Source: Pelagomonas calceolata
Taxonomy: Eukaryota
Reading direction: 5' to 3'
Length of the DNA: 64,000 bases
NCBI GenBank assembly: GCA_918797485.1
Contig: CAKKNE010000003.1
Span: forward strand, 1,612,001 to 1,676,000
In this document: in pieces, positions 63,801-64,000 of the stretch
How positions within the stretch are numbered: the stretch's first letter is position 1
Layout of the letters: each line of letters begins with the position of its first letter
Notes under the pieces: generated by a model
The model's database searches: none
What the model was told of the DNA's origin: nothing
The model's input: only the letters and a program-made list of their open reading frames with translations
Program-made: the position numbers and the translations under genes

Positions 63801-64000
63801 GAGGACCTGTGCCATGCGCTGGATTGCAAAGAACGTCTTGCCCGCGCCCGCGTGGGCGAGCAGCACGGCAACGGGCTCGCGTCGGACGGTCTCGAGCTTC
63901 TCGCGCTGGTGCTCCGTGAGCTTGGTGAACCTCATCACGGTCTGCTCGTAGCTTTCGAGGAACGCCCCGCGATTGACGCTGATCCGCTCCCCGCCGGTCG
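60841..64000 (-). CDS. SF1 (Schlafen/UvrD-like) helicase, RanBP2-type zinc finger and 7 WD40 repeats; 5' end outside window; 7 introns
   Basis: [56 protein letters not shown]...CGVC; introns 62015-62066, 61839-61888, 61661-61712, 61485-61534, 61297-61346, 61119-61170, 60934-60992; stop TGA 60841-60843. Confidence 0.85.

Noticed and set aside
1..64000. Selenoprotein TGA read-through, and the many antisense or shadow ORFs
   Set aside because: The TGA stops examined fall at plausible protein ends and no SECIS was recognised; shadow ORFs are expected at this GC content.

Overview
Gene-dense, GC-rich eukaryotic nuclear DNA. Heterokont-type plastid-targeting presequences, short spliceosomal introns, TIR/8-bp-TSD introner elements and a MYND-RING-TPR gene suggest a pelagophyte alga such as Pelagomonas or Aureococcus (inference). 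About 38 protein-coding genes are supported, including TFB4, LCMT1, a dynein light chain, PSRP6, VPS45, TTLL9, leuB, beta-adaptin, VPS2, MED7, two class I HDACs, FKBP-TPR, BolA, PsbP-like, an S9 peptidase and DUF218. Most notable: (1) a Schlafen-like SF1 helicase-RanBP2 zinc finger-WD40 gene whose seven WD40 repeats are separated by seven near-identical phase-0 introns and vary mainly at two clusters of positions, suggesting an immune-receptor-like gene; (2) a tRNA-Glu(TTC) with a 29-nt D-loop intron in a bulge-helix-bulge-like structure, present twice in a ~1.05-kb inverted duplication; (3) introner transposons that create precisely spliceable GT-AG or GC-AG introns; (4) a ~20-bp CTAG-bounded motif found 16 times outside coding regions, 15 of them upstream of annotated start codons; (5) a 16-mer (ACGCCATCGACGCGAC) recurring in introns and UTRs. 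All calls come from reading the sequence by eye, and no database searches were run.
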